In this document: in pieces, positions 31,403 to 41,332 of the stretch | Layout of the letters: the number at the start of each line of letters is the position of its first letter | Numbering within the stretch: position 1 is the first letter of the stretch | Virus record (IMG/VR): IMGVR_UViG_3300035208_002115 | Reading direction: 5' to 3' (one strand) | Origin: a virus | Taxonomy: Duplodnaviria > Caudoviricetes | DNA: 64,000 bases | The notes under the pieces: model-generated | Databases searched by the model: none | What the model saw: the letters and a program-made list of their open reading frames with translations, nothing else | What the model was told of the DNA's origin: nothing | Program-made: the position numbers and the translations under genes

Positions 31403-31447
31403 ATTATTTTTTTAAATATATACGAATGTAGTAAATAAAAATATAAT

Positions 31448-31948
31448 ATGATAAAGAATTTTTCGTGTTTTTTAAATGAGGGAATCAGAGATGATGTTAG
31501 AATGGCAAAAGAATACGCTATGGATGTTTATAATGGTGAGGATTATGCTGGGATGGACTATGATGAAATCGAAGAAAGATTGATAGATTTTGCAAGAAAC
31601 GAATTTCCATATGGATTACAAAAAATACCAAAAAAATTAATACTTTATAGAATAATTAATGTTAAATCAGAAAAAGATATAAATAAAATTAATTTGGGTA
31701 AACATTATGTGGGTGATAAAGATATGATATTAGACAGTGAATTTTTATTTTCTGCTTCATTATTGAGTGGTGACCCTATTCATAGATGGTTTATTATAAC
31801 AATTAAAACCACACCTGATAATTTAGATTATAGAGATATGTTAGGAAACAGAGCAGAATACCCATTGGAATATGAATATTCACTATTAAATGATAAAGAC
31901 TTGGAAATCTTAAACATTGAAGAAATTGACCCAAATGAATATAATTAA
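31448..31948 (+). CDS. CTS-tagged, ART-like protein
   Basis: Starts MIKNFSCFLNE; LILYRII...LGKHY...EYEY; AAATATATA at 31414-31422. Confidence 0.5.
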   Translation: MIKNFSCFLNEGIRDDVRMAKEYAMDVYNGEDYAGMDYDEIEERLIDFARNEFPYGLQKIPKKLILYRIINVKSEKDINKINLGKHYVGDKDMILDSEFLFSASLLSGDPIHRWFIITIKTTPDNLDYRDMLGNRAEYPLEYEYSLLNDKDLEILNIEEIDPNEYN

Positions 31949-31963
31949 TGCTTATATTTATTT

Positions 31964-32548
31964 TTATAATATTTTAACCTCAGACATCATACTGGATAGT
32001 TTGGTTCGGATAATAGGTTCACCTATTAGTTTTATCCGTATAAACATTAAATCATAATCTTCCTTTGTTGTGCCTTTTTCGATTGCATCTTTAATATTTT
32101 TTATTAGGAGATTAACTTTATTCACACCTTCATTTTTTTCTTTTTCGGATAACTGATGTGCTTTATTCTCCAATAATTCATAACGAATGGTGTGGATATT
32201 TGCCATGAATGTTTTTGTTGGAGATGGAACAATGTCACCTCCTTCGGTTAAAACCCGAACACAATCATCAGCCATGTCCATTATGATGTTTTGATTAGCT
32301 GTAATTATTCGGATTTCCTCATCAATTTTTCTCGTTTTAACGATTGCCATTATAAATCCAGTTATCTGACTTAATGATATTTCTCTTTCTGGAAAAAGAT
32401 ATGTTGTTGGAGAATATGTGAGCATTTCACCCAATTTATCATAACTGTGATAGGGGGCAACTAAGCACTTTATTATTTTTCCCTCATACAACATTTTAGA
32501 TGTTGCTTCCTGTTCAGGAGTTAAGTCGAATAAATTTTTTTGTATCAT
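31964..32548 (-). CDS. Hypothetical protein
   Basis: 194-aa ORF. Confidence 0.55.
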   Translation of the reverse strand: MIQKNLFDLTPEQEATSKMLYEGKIIKCLVAPYHSYDKLGEMLTYSPTTYLFPEREISLSQITGFIMAIVKTRKIDEEIRIITANQNIIMDMADDCVRVLTEGGDIVPSPTKTFMANIHTIRYELLENKAHQLSEKEKNEGVNKVNLLIKNIKDAIEKGTTKEDYDLMFIRIKLIGEPIIRTKLSSMMSEVKIL

Positions 32549-32557
32549 GATGTATTT

Positions 32558-33016
32558 TTAAAATATTTTTTTGATAAAATATATAATAACAGTCATTAAA
32601 ATAATTATTATAAACATGGAGACTATTAGAATTATAAATGATATCAATCTATTTACAAAATTATTTATCAAAGTTTTAAACTCATTATCCTTCCCTTTTT
32701 TGAATAAATTGATATTAAATAAATTTCCAACAAAAAGTCTTGATAAAAAAGTTGGTTCAGGTATTTCTATTGGTTTATTTTCAATTACACACTTTTGCCT
32801 ATCCACAGATGATAAAACCATTTTATACCATAATATTACTATTGATAATTGAATAATAATATAAAGGGTTAAGAATTCAATTTGAAAAAAAATGAAAAAT
32901 AATATCCAGAGAAGAATTGAGAACCCTAAATTAAAATATAAAAGGCTCTTACGGAATTTTTTTTCCATTTCAATTAATTGTTCTGGAGTCTTAGGATTTT
33001 TTGATTTCATTTCCAA
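32558..33016 (-). CDS. Membrane protein (about 3 TM helices)
   Basis: Three long hydrophobic stretches. Confidence 0.55.
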   Translation of the reverse strand: MEMKSKNPKTPEQLIEMEKKFRKSLLYFNLGFSILLWILFFIFFQIEFLTLYIIIQLSIVILWYKMVLSSVDRQKCVIENKPIEIPEPTFLSRLFVGNLFNINLFKKGKDNEFKTLINNFVNRLISFIILIVSMFIIIILMTVIIYFIKKIF

Positions 33017-33043
33017 TTTTTTTCAAAGTTAATGAAATAAAAA

Positions 33044-33406
33044 TTATTTATGTCTTTTTCTATGACAATTTGAACATAATAATATACATTTATCTAATTC
33101 TGGTTTTAATACTTCAAATGATTTTCCACCACGTTGACCAAATGCCATTTCTTTTTTTATTGGGTCAGTATGATGAAAATCATATACGCAAATATCATCG
33201 ATTAAACCACAATCAACACACTTTCCACCTAAATATTCAACTGCTTTCGCTTTTATTTCTTTTGAACGATTTGTTGAATATTCAATTCTACAATTTTTAC
33301 AATAACTATCTAAATAATACCAAACCTGACCATTTAATCCTCGTTGTGTACCTCTATAAAATTCAGTATCTTCTTTTTCTTGTATACATTTTTTACATAT
33401 TTTCAT
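33044..33406 (-). CDS. HNH endonuclease
   Basis: CKKC...YCKNC...GGKCVDCG...YDFHH.DP...ELDKCILLCSNCHRKRH. Confidence 0.8.
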   Translation of the reverse strand: MKICKKCIQEKEDTEFYRGTQRGLNGQVWYYLDSYCKNCRIEYSTNRSKEIKAKAVEYLGGKCVDCGLIDDICVYDFHHTDPIKKEMAFGQRGGKSFEVLKPELDKCILLCSNCHRKRHK

Positions 33407-33482
33407 GTAAAAGTATACGATAATTTAATATAAAAATTACTTAATTTACAGGACTATTCAAAAATTTAAATAGTATCATAAA

Positions 33483-33740
33483 TCATAAATTAAAATGTTC
33501 CCGAATTATTTTATTTGTCGAAATCATTTCCAGAAGAAATTTTTCCAGATTAACTGGTTTTTCTTCCCATTATTCGTCTTCATCATCATACCCCCAAGGT
33601 GTTATTGTGTGTTCTTTTAATGGTTCGTATTTTAGTAATTCTTCATAATGAGATTTACACATTAAATGTTGCCTATAATGACCAACAGACACACCATCTT
33701 TTTCGATACGATATTCAATGACATTAGCTGATGTACTCAT
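33483..33740 (-). pseudogene. Hypothetical gene with an internal in-frame TAA (33570-33572)
   Basis: MSTSAN...PWGYDDEDE*WEEKPVNLEKFLLEMISTNKIIREHFNL*; the frame stays open and protein-like after the stop. Confidence 0.45.
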
Positions 33741-33741
33741 T

Positions 33742-33993
33742 TTAATATCCTTTTTCTTTATAATATTGTTCTCTTGATATACCTCTCTTTTCAATTTTAT
33801 CGAGGTCATTCAAACCCAACGGTGGACGACCACTATTATTTTTTGTGACACAATCTAAACAAATTTCATCTGATGTCCACTTCATTTCCATGCGACCATT
33901 TTTTTCTTCGGCATCATACCAGAGCCATATAAACTCACGACCACATTTAGGACAAAACTCCCCACTTCCAGATTTATGATGAATTTTTTTCAT
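33742..33993 (-). CDS. Small Zn-ribbon protein
   Basis: CPKCG...CLDC. Confidence 0.5.
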   Translation of the reverse strand: MKKIHHKSGSGEFCPKCGREFIWLWYDAEEKNGRMEMKWTSDEICLDCVTKNNSGRPPLGLNDLDKIEKRGISREQYYKEKGY

Positions 33994-33995
33994 TT

Positions 33996-34193
33996 TTAAT
34001 TATTTTTAATCATATGAGAACAAATTTCATATATCCACCCCCTTTTTGTCGATTTACTATAAGCAGCTCTACTATTAATTTCAAATTCCCTTCTGGATAT
34101 ATATTTTAATGATTCTTGATGACATCTTTCTTTTGTCCAATAATTGTTTGGTTTTCTATGTTTACTTATTTTTATATTTGATGTGTGATTCAT
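33996..34193 (-). CDS. Isolated DNA-binding repeat typical of phage homing endonucleases
   Basis: KPNNYWTKERC..E..KY..R.EF....AY...GW..EIC.HM. Confidence 0.5.
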   Translation of the reverse strand: MNHTSNIKISKHRKPNNYWTKERCHQESLKYISRREFEINSRAAYSKSTKRGWIYEICSHMIKNN

Positions 34194-34242
34194 CCTTTAA
34201 TGTTTTTAACAACGCCTTGGTCAGAAATGGTGTATGTGGTGT

Positions 34243-34470
34243 TTAATATATGCTCAGTGTATTCCATTTAATATAACCATTGGTAAAATAATTAATACCT
34301 TCTTCGGTATCTGTATAATCACAGAGTTTACCACATTTGGTACAGTATTTTCCAACTATTGGAACATAATGGATAATACCTTGAACAAATCGTCCATGAA
34401 TGTCTGGTCGTTGGGTCATGTTATATTCACCAACTTTTGTTTCGGCTTGGCAACAGGTAGATTATATCAT
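34243..34470 (-). pseudogene. Zn-ribbon gene with TAA at codon 3 (not in the ORF track)
   Basis: MI*STCCQAETKVGEYNM...YCTKCGKLCDY...TLSIY*; ATG lies 5 nt after the upstream stop. Confidence 0.45.
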
Positions 34471-34474
34471 ATAT

Positions 34475-34969
34475 TTATTTTTTAAAGATTGCCCACCATC
34501 TGGTGGAATTTATATTATAACTAAATGATAATCCATATTCTTGTATTATTTTTTTGAAATCTTTTTCATCAACTTTCCATTGATTTCTCACAAATTTCTT
34601 TAATAAGTAATGTTGATTTTCACCAGTGAATGGGTCAGCTAAACGAATATGATTTCCGTTATGCCCAAGATAAACTGAAAAATGTGGTACATCCAAACTA
34701 TAAACAATAATCGGAAGCCACCCATCTGCTATGTATTCATTAAGTTTATCAAAATCACCGTTTTCACCAAACTGACATTGTAAACCTAAAATCTTAGCAC
34801 CATCTATTAAAGAATCATACGATGTACCTTCTTCTTGTTTAGAATCTAATATACAAACCATTTCTTCTTCACTTGGAACAGGCATGTTAAAATAATCCAA
34901 TACCATTTGAAGTGTGGCACAACCACAGGTGTAATTAGTTTTTTGTTTGTATATTTTTATGTTCAGCAT
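34475..34969 (-). CDS. Peptidase C39-like cysteine protease
   Basis: Q....TCG.A.L.M...GTS...PHFSV...LADP. Confidence 0.8.
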   Translation of the reverse strand: MLNIKIYKQKTNYTCGCATLQMVLDYFNMPVPSEEEMVCILDSKQEEGTSYDSLIDGAKILGLQCQFGENGDFDKLNEYIADGWLPIIVYSLDVPHFSVYLGHNGNHIRLADPFTGENQHYLLKKFVRNQWKVDEKDFKKIIQEYGLSFSYNINSTRWWAIFKK

Positions 34970-34988
34970 AATTGAAATTTTTATATCT

Positions 34989-35252
34989 TCAATAACTATT
35001 TAAACGATTCCATTCTTCATTTGTTAACAATTGTTCTATTTTCTTTTTGAGAAATTCACGGGGTGTTGGCGCAGGTAACATATTAATGTTTATTTGCGGT
35101 GAGTTTTTCCATTTTTCTGGAACTATGATTTCACCAGTTTCAGCTTTATAAAAACTTTCCAGAATATATTCCAATAACTTTGAACGTTTTTGTAATATTT
35201 CAATTTCTGAAAAAAGGTTTGTTACTGTTTCTAATTCAGTTAAATTTATCAT
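34989..35252 (-). CDS. Hypothetical protein
   Basis: 87-aa ORF. Confidence 0.5.
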   Translation of the reverse strand: MINLTELETVTNLFSEIEILQKRSKLLEYILESFYKAETGEIIVPEKWKNSPQININMLPAPTPREFLKKKIEQLLTNEEWNRLNSY

Positions 35253-35323
35253 AATTACACATTTTTAGTTGTGTAAAAATATCATAAAAATACTGAATAA
35301 AAAAATCGCAGCTATACAAAATA

Positions 35324-35364
35324 AAAAATGCACGATTGCGTTGTTTTTGCAATCGTGCATTTTT
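35324..35364 (-). terminator. Intrinsic terminator
   Basis: AAAAATGCACGATTGC-9 nt-GCAATCGTGCATTTTT downstream of the CTS-gene operon. Confidence 0.7.
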
Positions 35365-35381
35365 AATGCAATTATAATTTT

Positions 35382-36065
35382 TTAATGACCCCAAGATGAA
35401 TAAACACCAGCATCACCACTTGTATATGGATAAAGTGGATATCGACCACCAATATGTGGTTTTTCAGAATAAGTTGTAACAACCAAAGGTTTATATATTT
35501 CTTCACCTGCGAATTTATCTTTTAATGGTCTTACATTAACACTATCATGACCACTCGTGTTAGGAACAGATTCACCTGCAATCGGTTTAACCCAAACAGA
35601 TTTGTCACCAACTTTAGTTACTTGATAAAAATCAACGTTAGTTTGGTCGTAACCCCAACTACTGTAAAGTAAATCACCAACTTTATATGGATTTACCATA
35701 TCTTTACGTTTCTGTTGTTTAAGAGATTTTTCATCTTCTTTTCTTTTAATCCAAGAGTGTTCATTTGTTATGAAATCAGTTAGAACTTGTAACATTCTTT
35801 CTGGTTTAGAATACCTATAATTTTGTTTAATTTTATAACCTGAGTATTTACCTTTTGGTGTCAATTTTAGAATACCCATAGTAAGTTTTTCCATATTAAT
35901 AGCAATAAGATAATCCATAAACCTAAAATCGTAAGTCCCTTCATCTATTAATTTTTTGGCTTCTTCTACATCATTTACAACAGGTATTTCATCTTTATTT
36001 TTATAAATATCCATTATACTTTCTGTAAGTAATATGTGGTCTGTAAATGTTTGTATATGTTTCAT
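35382..36065 (-). CDS. CTS-tagged putative internal virion protein
   Basis: Starts MKHIQTFTDHILLTE; C-terminal VGDLLYSSWGYDQTNVDFYQV phage domain. Confidence 0.55.
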   Translation of the reverse strand: MKHIQTFTDHILLTESIMDIYKNKDEIPVVNDVEEAKKLIDEGTYDFRFMDYLIAINMEKLTMGILKLTPKGKYSGYKIKQNYRYSKPERMLQVLTDFITNEHSWIKRKEDEKSLKQQKRKDMVNPYKVGDLLYSSWGYDQTNVDFYQVTKVGDKSVWVKPIAGESVPNTSGHDSVNVRPLKDKFAGEEIYKPLVVTTYSEKPHIGGRYPLYPYTSGDAGVYSSWGH

Positions 36066-36073
36066 GATATAAA

Positions 36074-36664
36074 TTATTTTAATTTAGTTAATAAATCATC
36101 TAATTCAGCATCGGATAATTTATATAAATTTTTATGAAGTATTGCTAATTTCTCACGTTTTTTAGTTTTATCATTTGTGGGGGTTTGTGTTTCTATCGAT
36201 GGTTCATCTTCTAAAACTGAAGCAGCTTTAAAACCTCTCGATGTTCTTGGGTCTTTTAATAAAGTTCCAAGTGTTATTTTTTCATCTGAAAAAGTCGGTT
36301 TCCAGTCATTTCTACTAAATGGTTGACTCATCCTTCCTCTACCACTACTGAATTTTTTTAGAGTTTCTTGGATGTTTTTGGTATCTGGTTTATTAATAGT
36401 TCCAACATTATCTTCGAAAAGAAGTGTATCTCTTGTACCTGCTCCTATTCCAGTTTTAACATGAACATCAATAACTTTTAAAAGTAAATTACCAGTATTA
36501 TTCATATAAAGAAATGCATATTTATAAACATTATCATATTCCCAATGCCAATTAGATTCATTAGTCGCTATTAAATTATAACCTTCTGGTTTATATTTCT
36601 GAGCATACTCAGATTCGAATGTAGTTGCTTCAGTTATTAATATAAATGGTTTTATATGTTTCAT
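36074..36664 (-). CDS. CTS-tagged putative internal virion protein
   Basis: Starts MKHIKPFILITE; TAATATATA at 36686-36694. Confidence 0.55.
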   Translation of the reverse strand: MKHIKPFILITEATTFESEYAQKYKPEGYNLIATNESNWHWEYDNVYKYAFLYMNNTGNLLLKVIDVHVKTGIGAGTRDTLLFEDNVGTINKPDTKNIQETLKKFSSGRGRMSQPFSRNDWKPTFSDEKITLGTLLKDPRTSRGFKAASVLEDEPSIETQTPTNDKTKKREKLAILHKNLYKLSDAELDDLLTKLK

Positions 36665-36706
36665 ATTGTCGATAATATTTTTTTGTATATATTAAAAATA
36701 AAATTA

Positions 36707-37141
36707 TTATTTTTTATCATAAGTATTTAATATTTCTACATCATCGAAGTTAGGAACATATATCTCATATTCATATGGATTCATAACTCTTGTTCTAATA
36801 GTTTGTTCAATATCTATCACATTTTCATTTGGTATTAATCCCTCACATATATTATTACCGAAACCTTCAGCTACTCTAATATCAGTTGTCCATGATGTAC
36901 CTTCATAATTATCATCTGGGTTTATTGTATCAATACCCCTGTAAACTTTTAACGGGTATTTAATATTTTTTACATAATCAATAACTTTTTGAATTTTTTG
37001 CAATGCTTGTTCTTCATCATAGAAATCCATACCATCCATAGCATAAAAATCATCAATATAATAATCAGGTTGATATATTAATTCGTTTGTATCATTTAAC
37101 CATTCATTTAGAGTGGTTTTTATGTATGTTTTATTTTTCAT
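36707..37141 (-). CDS. ADP-ribosyltransferase-like protein (R-S-E type)
   Basis: LKVYRG...GTSWTT...VAEGFG...EYEIYV; CTS-like IKTTLNE. Confidence 0.6.
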   Translation of the reverse strand: MKNKTYIKTTLNEWLNDTNELIYQPDYYIDDFYAMDGMDFYDEEQALQKIQKVIDYVKNIKYPLKVYRGIDTINPDDNYEGTSWTTDIRVAEGFGNNICEGLIPNENVIDIEQTIRTRVMNPYEYEIYVPNFDDVEILNTYDKK

Positions 37142-37622
37142 TTAAAAAATAAAAGTAGTTTTGTAACTGGTCTTCATATTGAAAATATAATATATCTTTT
37201 GGTGTATAATTCACCATTTCACGACCTTTGATGATTACGCCATCATATCCGAGTTTCATCATTTCAGCCTCAATGGATGTTTTAGCCTCAAAATCTCTTT
37301 TATCAGGGAAATCTTTTCCTTGTTCTTTGGAAAATTTAAAAACTAATGTATTATAAAACCAAATTTCCCAGTCATTTAAGGTATTGAACATTTTAGGTTT
37401 TTTAGGAGTTGCATTAACAACAAATTGTACAGCACCATATTGTTTTGCAAGAGCTTTATTTGCCAGTGAAGCTGTGTATAAACCTCTACCCAAAATAGCT
37501 GAACCACCATTTTCTTCTTTTCCAACTTCTCTTATTCCTCTTATGGTTACATTTTTTCTTTTCCACTTCAGATAATCAGCATGGGAAACATCTTCATTTA
37601 TAAAATCAATATATTTCAACAT
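37131..37622 (-). CDS. CTS-tagged ART-fold-like protein
   Basis: Starts MLKYIDFINE; TIRG...GRGLYTA...AKQYG...GYDGVII; TAATATATA at 37646-37654. Confidence 0.5.
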   Translation of the reverse strand: MLKYIDFINEDVSHADYLKWKRKNVTIRGIREVGKEENGGSAILGRGLYTASLANKALAKQYGAVQFVVNATPKKPKMFNTLNDWEIWFYNTLVFKFSKEQGKDFPDKRDFEAKTSIEAEMMKLGYDGVIIKGREMVNYTPKDILYFQYEDQLQNYFYFLNEK

Positions 37623-37697
37623 TATTTTTATTAATATTTTTTAGGTATATATTAAAAATAATAAAGATACTTATCATGTGTATATTATTTTTTATTA

Positions 37698-37705
37698 TAC
37701 ATTTG
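37698..37705 (+). promoter_or_regulatory. Bacteroidota-type -7 box TACATTTG
   Basis: TAnnTTTG upstream of ORF 37771. Confidence 0.45.
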
Positions 37706-37770
37706 TATATTAATAATTCCAGTTATGAAATTGTAGTAGTACTGGACAGTAATAATTTAATAAATAAAAA

Positions 37771-39927
37771 GTGATGATTGAGTTTAACAAACTAATTCAA
37801 GCCCAATTCAACAAGATGTGTGAAACGGGTAAGTTATTTCGTAGTTCGTTGACTGGTCAAGAAGTGTGGGATTTGTATATTAAAAGTTTTCCAAAAGAAC
37901 ACAATCCCATATTCAGAAGTCCAGACAGTTCTTCTCATAACTGTAATCACTGTAATAACTTTATTCGTAGATATGGTAATATCGTTACCATTGATGAAAA
38001 TCTCAATGTTGTTACGATGTTTGATGTTGATGCAGATGAAGAATACAGTGCAGTAGCTAAAGTGGTAGATTCTAAACTAAAATCGGCTACGGTTTCGGGT
38101 GTTTTCTTTGAAACTTTCAGCGAGCTAAATTCTTTACCTTATGAGAAATGTTCTAAAACAAATGAAATTTTCAGATTGGGTATTGACAAAAACGTAAAGC
38201 AATACACAAAAGAGGAAGCTGAATTGTATAAAAATTCAGATAATTCTTTCATAGTTAAACCTGAAGAAATTAGAACATTTAATCATTTACATCTTAATCT
38301 ACCAAGGGTATTTGTAGATATGGGTGATGATTCAGTTGAAAAAATAATGGCTAATTATCGAGATGCCAAAAATGTTTTTCAAAAGGCTATGCAAGTGATA
38401 CCGCTTGATACACTCAATCTGGTGAAAGACCTTATTAACCAAGGTTCACTGCTGGATGGACAAACTCATTTGTATAAATTACACCAAATCATACCATTAA
38501 AAGAACAATATGATAAATTATCCGATGATAAAAAGGATAATTGGTGTTGGATTAACAGTTATAAACTTCCATTTGCTAAGTTCAAAAATGAATTAATTGG
38601 TACTTTATGCACCGAGTTGGCAGAGGGGGAAGAATTAAACAAAGCATGTCAGTCTTGGAATAAAAGAGTTGACCCAGTTAATTATATGAAAACTGTTGCT
38701 CCGATTACCAAGAAACAAATTGAAGAAGCTAAAAAATTCGTTGAAGAAAATGGTTATGAAGAATCTTTTAATAGAAGATTTGCCACAATTGATGATATTA
38801 AAGCTTCGGAAATTAAACACATCAATGTTGGAGACGGTAAATTAAAAACAGTTTCTATATTCGATAATGTTAAATCGACTTCTACTCGTCACAAAAGAAG
38901 TGAATTTGATAATGTGGAAGAAGTAACTATTGAAAAGTTTATGTCGGAGGTTCTTCCTTCGTGTACTTCAGTTGAAGCGTATTTGTCTAACAAATATGAA
39001 GGTAATCTTGTTTCTTTAACAACAGCTAACAATAAAGAAAGCAAACCTATATTCAAATGGAATAACAATTACAGTTGGACATTCAATGGTAACTTGGCTG
39101 GTAAATCGATGATTAAAGATGCTGTTGAAGCTAAAGGTGGTAAGGTTGATGGTGTATTGCGTTTCTCTATTATGTGGGCAGAAAATGACCCAACAGATAA
39201 TTCCGATTTAGATGCTCATGCACAAGAACCAAATGGTACTCATATTTATTATTCGTCTGATTACAGAAAAGACAGAGGAAATCATAGAACTTCTATGTCT
39301 GGACAGTTGGATATTGATATAACTCAACCTAATAATTTTAGTAATAAAAATATTGTTGAGAATATCGCTTGGACTGATATCAAAAGAATGAAAGATGGTG
39401 TTTACAAATTGTGGATTAACCAATATGCCAGTAGGGGTTCTAAAGGATTCAAAGCTGAAATTGAATTCGGGGGCGAAATTTATTCTTATGAATATAATAA
39501 ACCCGTATCAGGCAATGTACAAGTAGCTGAAGTTACTTTTAATAATGGGGAATTTACCATTAAGCATTTACTACCTGAAATTGCATCATCTAAAGAACTT
39601 TATGGTTTACAAACAAATGAATTTCATAAAGTGAATTTAGTGTGTCTAAGTCCTAATCATTGGGGAGATAATAATGTAGGAAATAAACATTATTTATTCA
39701 TGCTTGATGATTGTAAATGTCCAGTAAATATTCGTAGTTTTCATAATGAAAACTTGATACCAGAATTAGCACAACATCGCAAAGTTCTCGAAGTACTGGG
39801 TAACACTACTATGATTGAACCTGCTAATAAACAATTATCTGGTTTTGGGTTCAATGCTACTGTTCGAGATGAACTTATTGTTAAATTACAAGGGTCATTC
39901 AAACGAGTAATTAAAATAAAATTTTAA
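37771..39927 (+). CDS. Large conserved phage protein with YfaP/TerD-like C-terminal domain
   Basis: HNCNHC..FI..YG; SDLDAH..EP...HIYY...LDID...VENI.W. Confidence 0.55.
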   Translation: MMIEFNKLIQAQFNKMCETGKLFRSSLTGQEVWDLYIKSFPKEHNPIFRSPDSSSHNCNHCNNFIRRYGNIVTIDENLNVVTMFDVDADEEYSAVAKVVDSKLKSATVSGVFFETFSELNSLPYEKCSKTNEIFRLGIDKNVKQYTKEEAELYKNSDNSFIVKPEEIRTFNHLHLNLPRVFVDMGDDSVEKIMANYRDAKNVFQKAMQVIPLDTLNLVKDLINQGSLLDGQTHLYKLHQIIPLKEQYDKLSDDKKDNWCWINSYKLPFAKFKNELIGTLCTELAEGEELNKACQSWNKRVDPVNYMKTVAPITKKQIEEAKKFVEENGYEESFNRRFATIDDIKASEIKHINVGDGKLKTVSIFDNVKSTSTRHKRSEFDNVEEVTIEKFMSEVLPSCTSVEAYLSNKYEGNLVSLTTANNKESKPIFKWNNNYSWTFNGNLAGKSMIKDAVEAKGGKVDGVLRFSIMWAENDPTDNSDLDAHAQEPNGTHIYYSSDYRKDRGNHRTSMSGQLDIDITQPNNFSNKNIVENIAWTDIKRMKDGVYKLWINQYASRGSKGFKAEIEFGGEIYSYEYNKPVSGNVQVAEVTFNNGEFTIKHLLPEIASSKELYGLQTNEFHKVNLVCLSPNHWGDNNVGNKHYLFMLDDCKCPVNIRSFHNENLIPELAQHRKVLEVLGNTTMIEPANKQLSGFGFNATVRDELIVKLQGSFKRVIKIKF

Positions 39928-39954
39928 AATAATAACAAATTAAAAATTTCAATT

Positions 39955-40326
39955 ATGTATAAACAAGCAAGTCAATTACAGTTAAGAATTCCTACCAATG
40001 TAGGTTCATTATCTGTTGAACAACTTTGGGGATTAACTCAAACACAGTTGTCAAATGCGATTAAAGCAATCAAAAAAGTGTTAAAAAAGAGCGATGATGA
40101 TGAATTGTCGTTCCTTGAAGATACCAAGGTTGTTGATGTTGAAAATCAGCTTCGTTTCGATATTCTGAAAGATGTATATCTTACGAAGAAGAAAGAGGCC
40201 GAAGAACTTAGAAATGCTGCTGAAGATAAAGCACATAATCAAAAGATTCTTACTTTAATTGCAGAAAAAAGAGAAGGTAAACTTAGAGATATGTCTGAGG
40301 AAGAATTACAAGCACTTCTTCGATAA
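39955..40326 (+). CDS. Coiled-coil partner protein of the upstream gene
   Basis: LRIPT..G.LSVEQLW.L...F...LRFDILKDV; co-transcribed. Confidence 0.6.
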   Translation: MYKQASQLQLRIPTNVGSLSVEQLWGLTQTQLSNAIKAIKKVLKKSDDDELSFLEDTKVVDVENQLRFDILKDVYLTKKKEAEELRNAAEDKAHNQKILTLIAEKREGKLRDMSEEELQALLR

Positions 40327-40349
40327 TTAATAAGTGATATTGTATAATA

Positions 40350-40378
40350 AAAAAAGTGGGGTTATTCCCCACTTTTTT
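40350..40378. terminator. Bidirectional terminator
   Basis: AAAAAAGTGGGG-TTATT-CCCCACTTTTTT at a convergence point. Confidence 0.75.
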
Positions 40379-40655
40379 CGTTTATATCGTGAACTTTATT
40401 TAAATCTCTTTCGACTGATTTGACAGTTACTTTGAAATCGTTTAATTCTTTTAAACTTCTCATTTCATAAAGTTTCTCACTATTTTCTAATACCTTATAA
40501 AAATTTGTTGTTAATTCTTTTAAAACTTTTGTGAACTCTTTTTTGTTATAATTTTGGATTGAACTTGTTTTTTCTTTTGGAGTTTCTTTATTTTTTCTTT
40601 TCTGAAACTCATCTGTCATCTCTGTGTAATTTGCGTTTCCTGAAATATTATCCAT
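40362..40655 (-). CDS. Hypothetical protein
   Basis: 97-aa ORF. Confidence 0.5.
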   Translation of the reverse strand: MDNISGNANYTEMTDEFQKRKNKETPKEKTSSIQNYNKKEFTKVLKELTTNFYKVLENSEKLYEMRSLKELNDFKVTVKSVERDLNKVHDINEKSGE

Positions 40656-40674
40656 AGATATAAAATGTTTTAAT

Positions 40675-41007
40675 TTATATCTTATATGCTATTTTTTTCA
40701 AATAGTTTTGTGAAGTTTCAGAATTTATTTTATCTTTTATGTGTGGTAATAAATTATTATCAACCCAGAATCCACATACATTACCTTTTCGTTGACCGTT
40801 CATCCGACAACGAAGTTCCATAGATTTATATCTTTTCTCTATTTGGTCTGGGTTATTTTTATCAATTTCTGTTATACCTTCTACGCCTTCATCATCCAAT
40901 ATGCCCATATGGAGCGTATGAGTTCTTTCGAATTCTATACGTTCGTCTGATTTGTTTATTTCGTGAAGCTTCACGAATCTTTCGAGTTTCTTATCCATAA
41001 CGTTCAC
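40675..41007 (-). CDS. Hypothetical protein
   Basis: 110-aa ORF; start may be the second Met. Confidence 0.5.
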   Translation of the reverse strand: MNVMDKKLERFVKLHEINKSDERIEFERTHTLHMGILDDEGVEGITEIDKNNPDQIEKRYKSMELRCRMNGQRKGNVCGFWVDNNLLPHIKDKINSETSQNYLKKIAYKI

Positions 41008-41332
41008 CTTCTGGTTTAGCCCACCAATCTTTATAATATTGAACTTGTTCTTCTAAATTAATAGGTTTATCATTAAATTTACGGTGAAAAGATTTTAATA
41101 TAATACCAGACATATCGTCTGCATGTGCTATACCTAATGAATTAAACCATTTGGCTACTTCACTTTTATACCACAATTTTAAATCGTTACGCAATCTCTG
41201 ACCAAGGGTGCGATGTAATCCAATCACATCATCTTCAGATAAAGTTTTAACCCATTCAAAATCTTCATCTGATAAATATGTTTTTATTTGTGCAAAACAC
41301 AAACTCAACATTTTTTCGTTATTATATTTCAT
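40991..41332 (-). CDS. DUF6794-like protein
   Basis: LH..LG..LRN..KLW...F..LGI.HADDMS..IL..FHR. Confidence 0.55.
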   Translation of the reverse strand: MKYNNEKMLSLCFAQIKTYLSDEDFEWVKTLSEDDVIGLHRTLGQRLRNDLKLWYKSEVAKWFNSLGIAHADDMSGIILKSFHRKFNDKPINLEEQVQYYKDWWAKPEGERYG

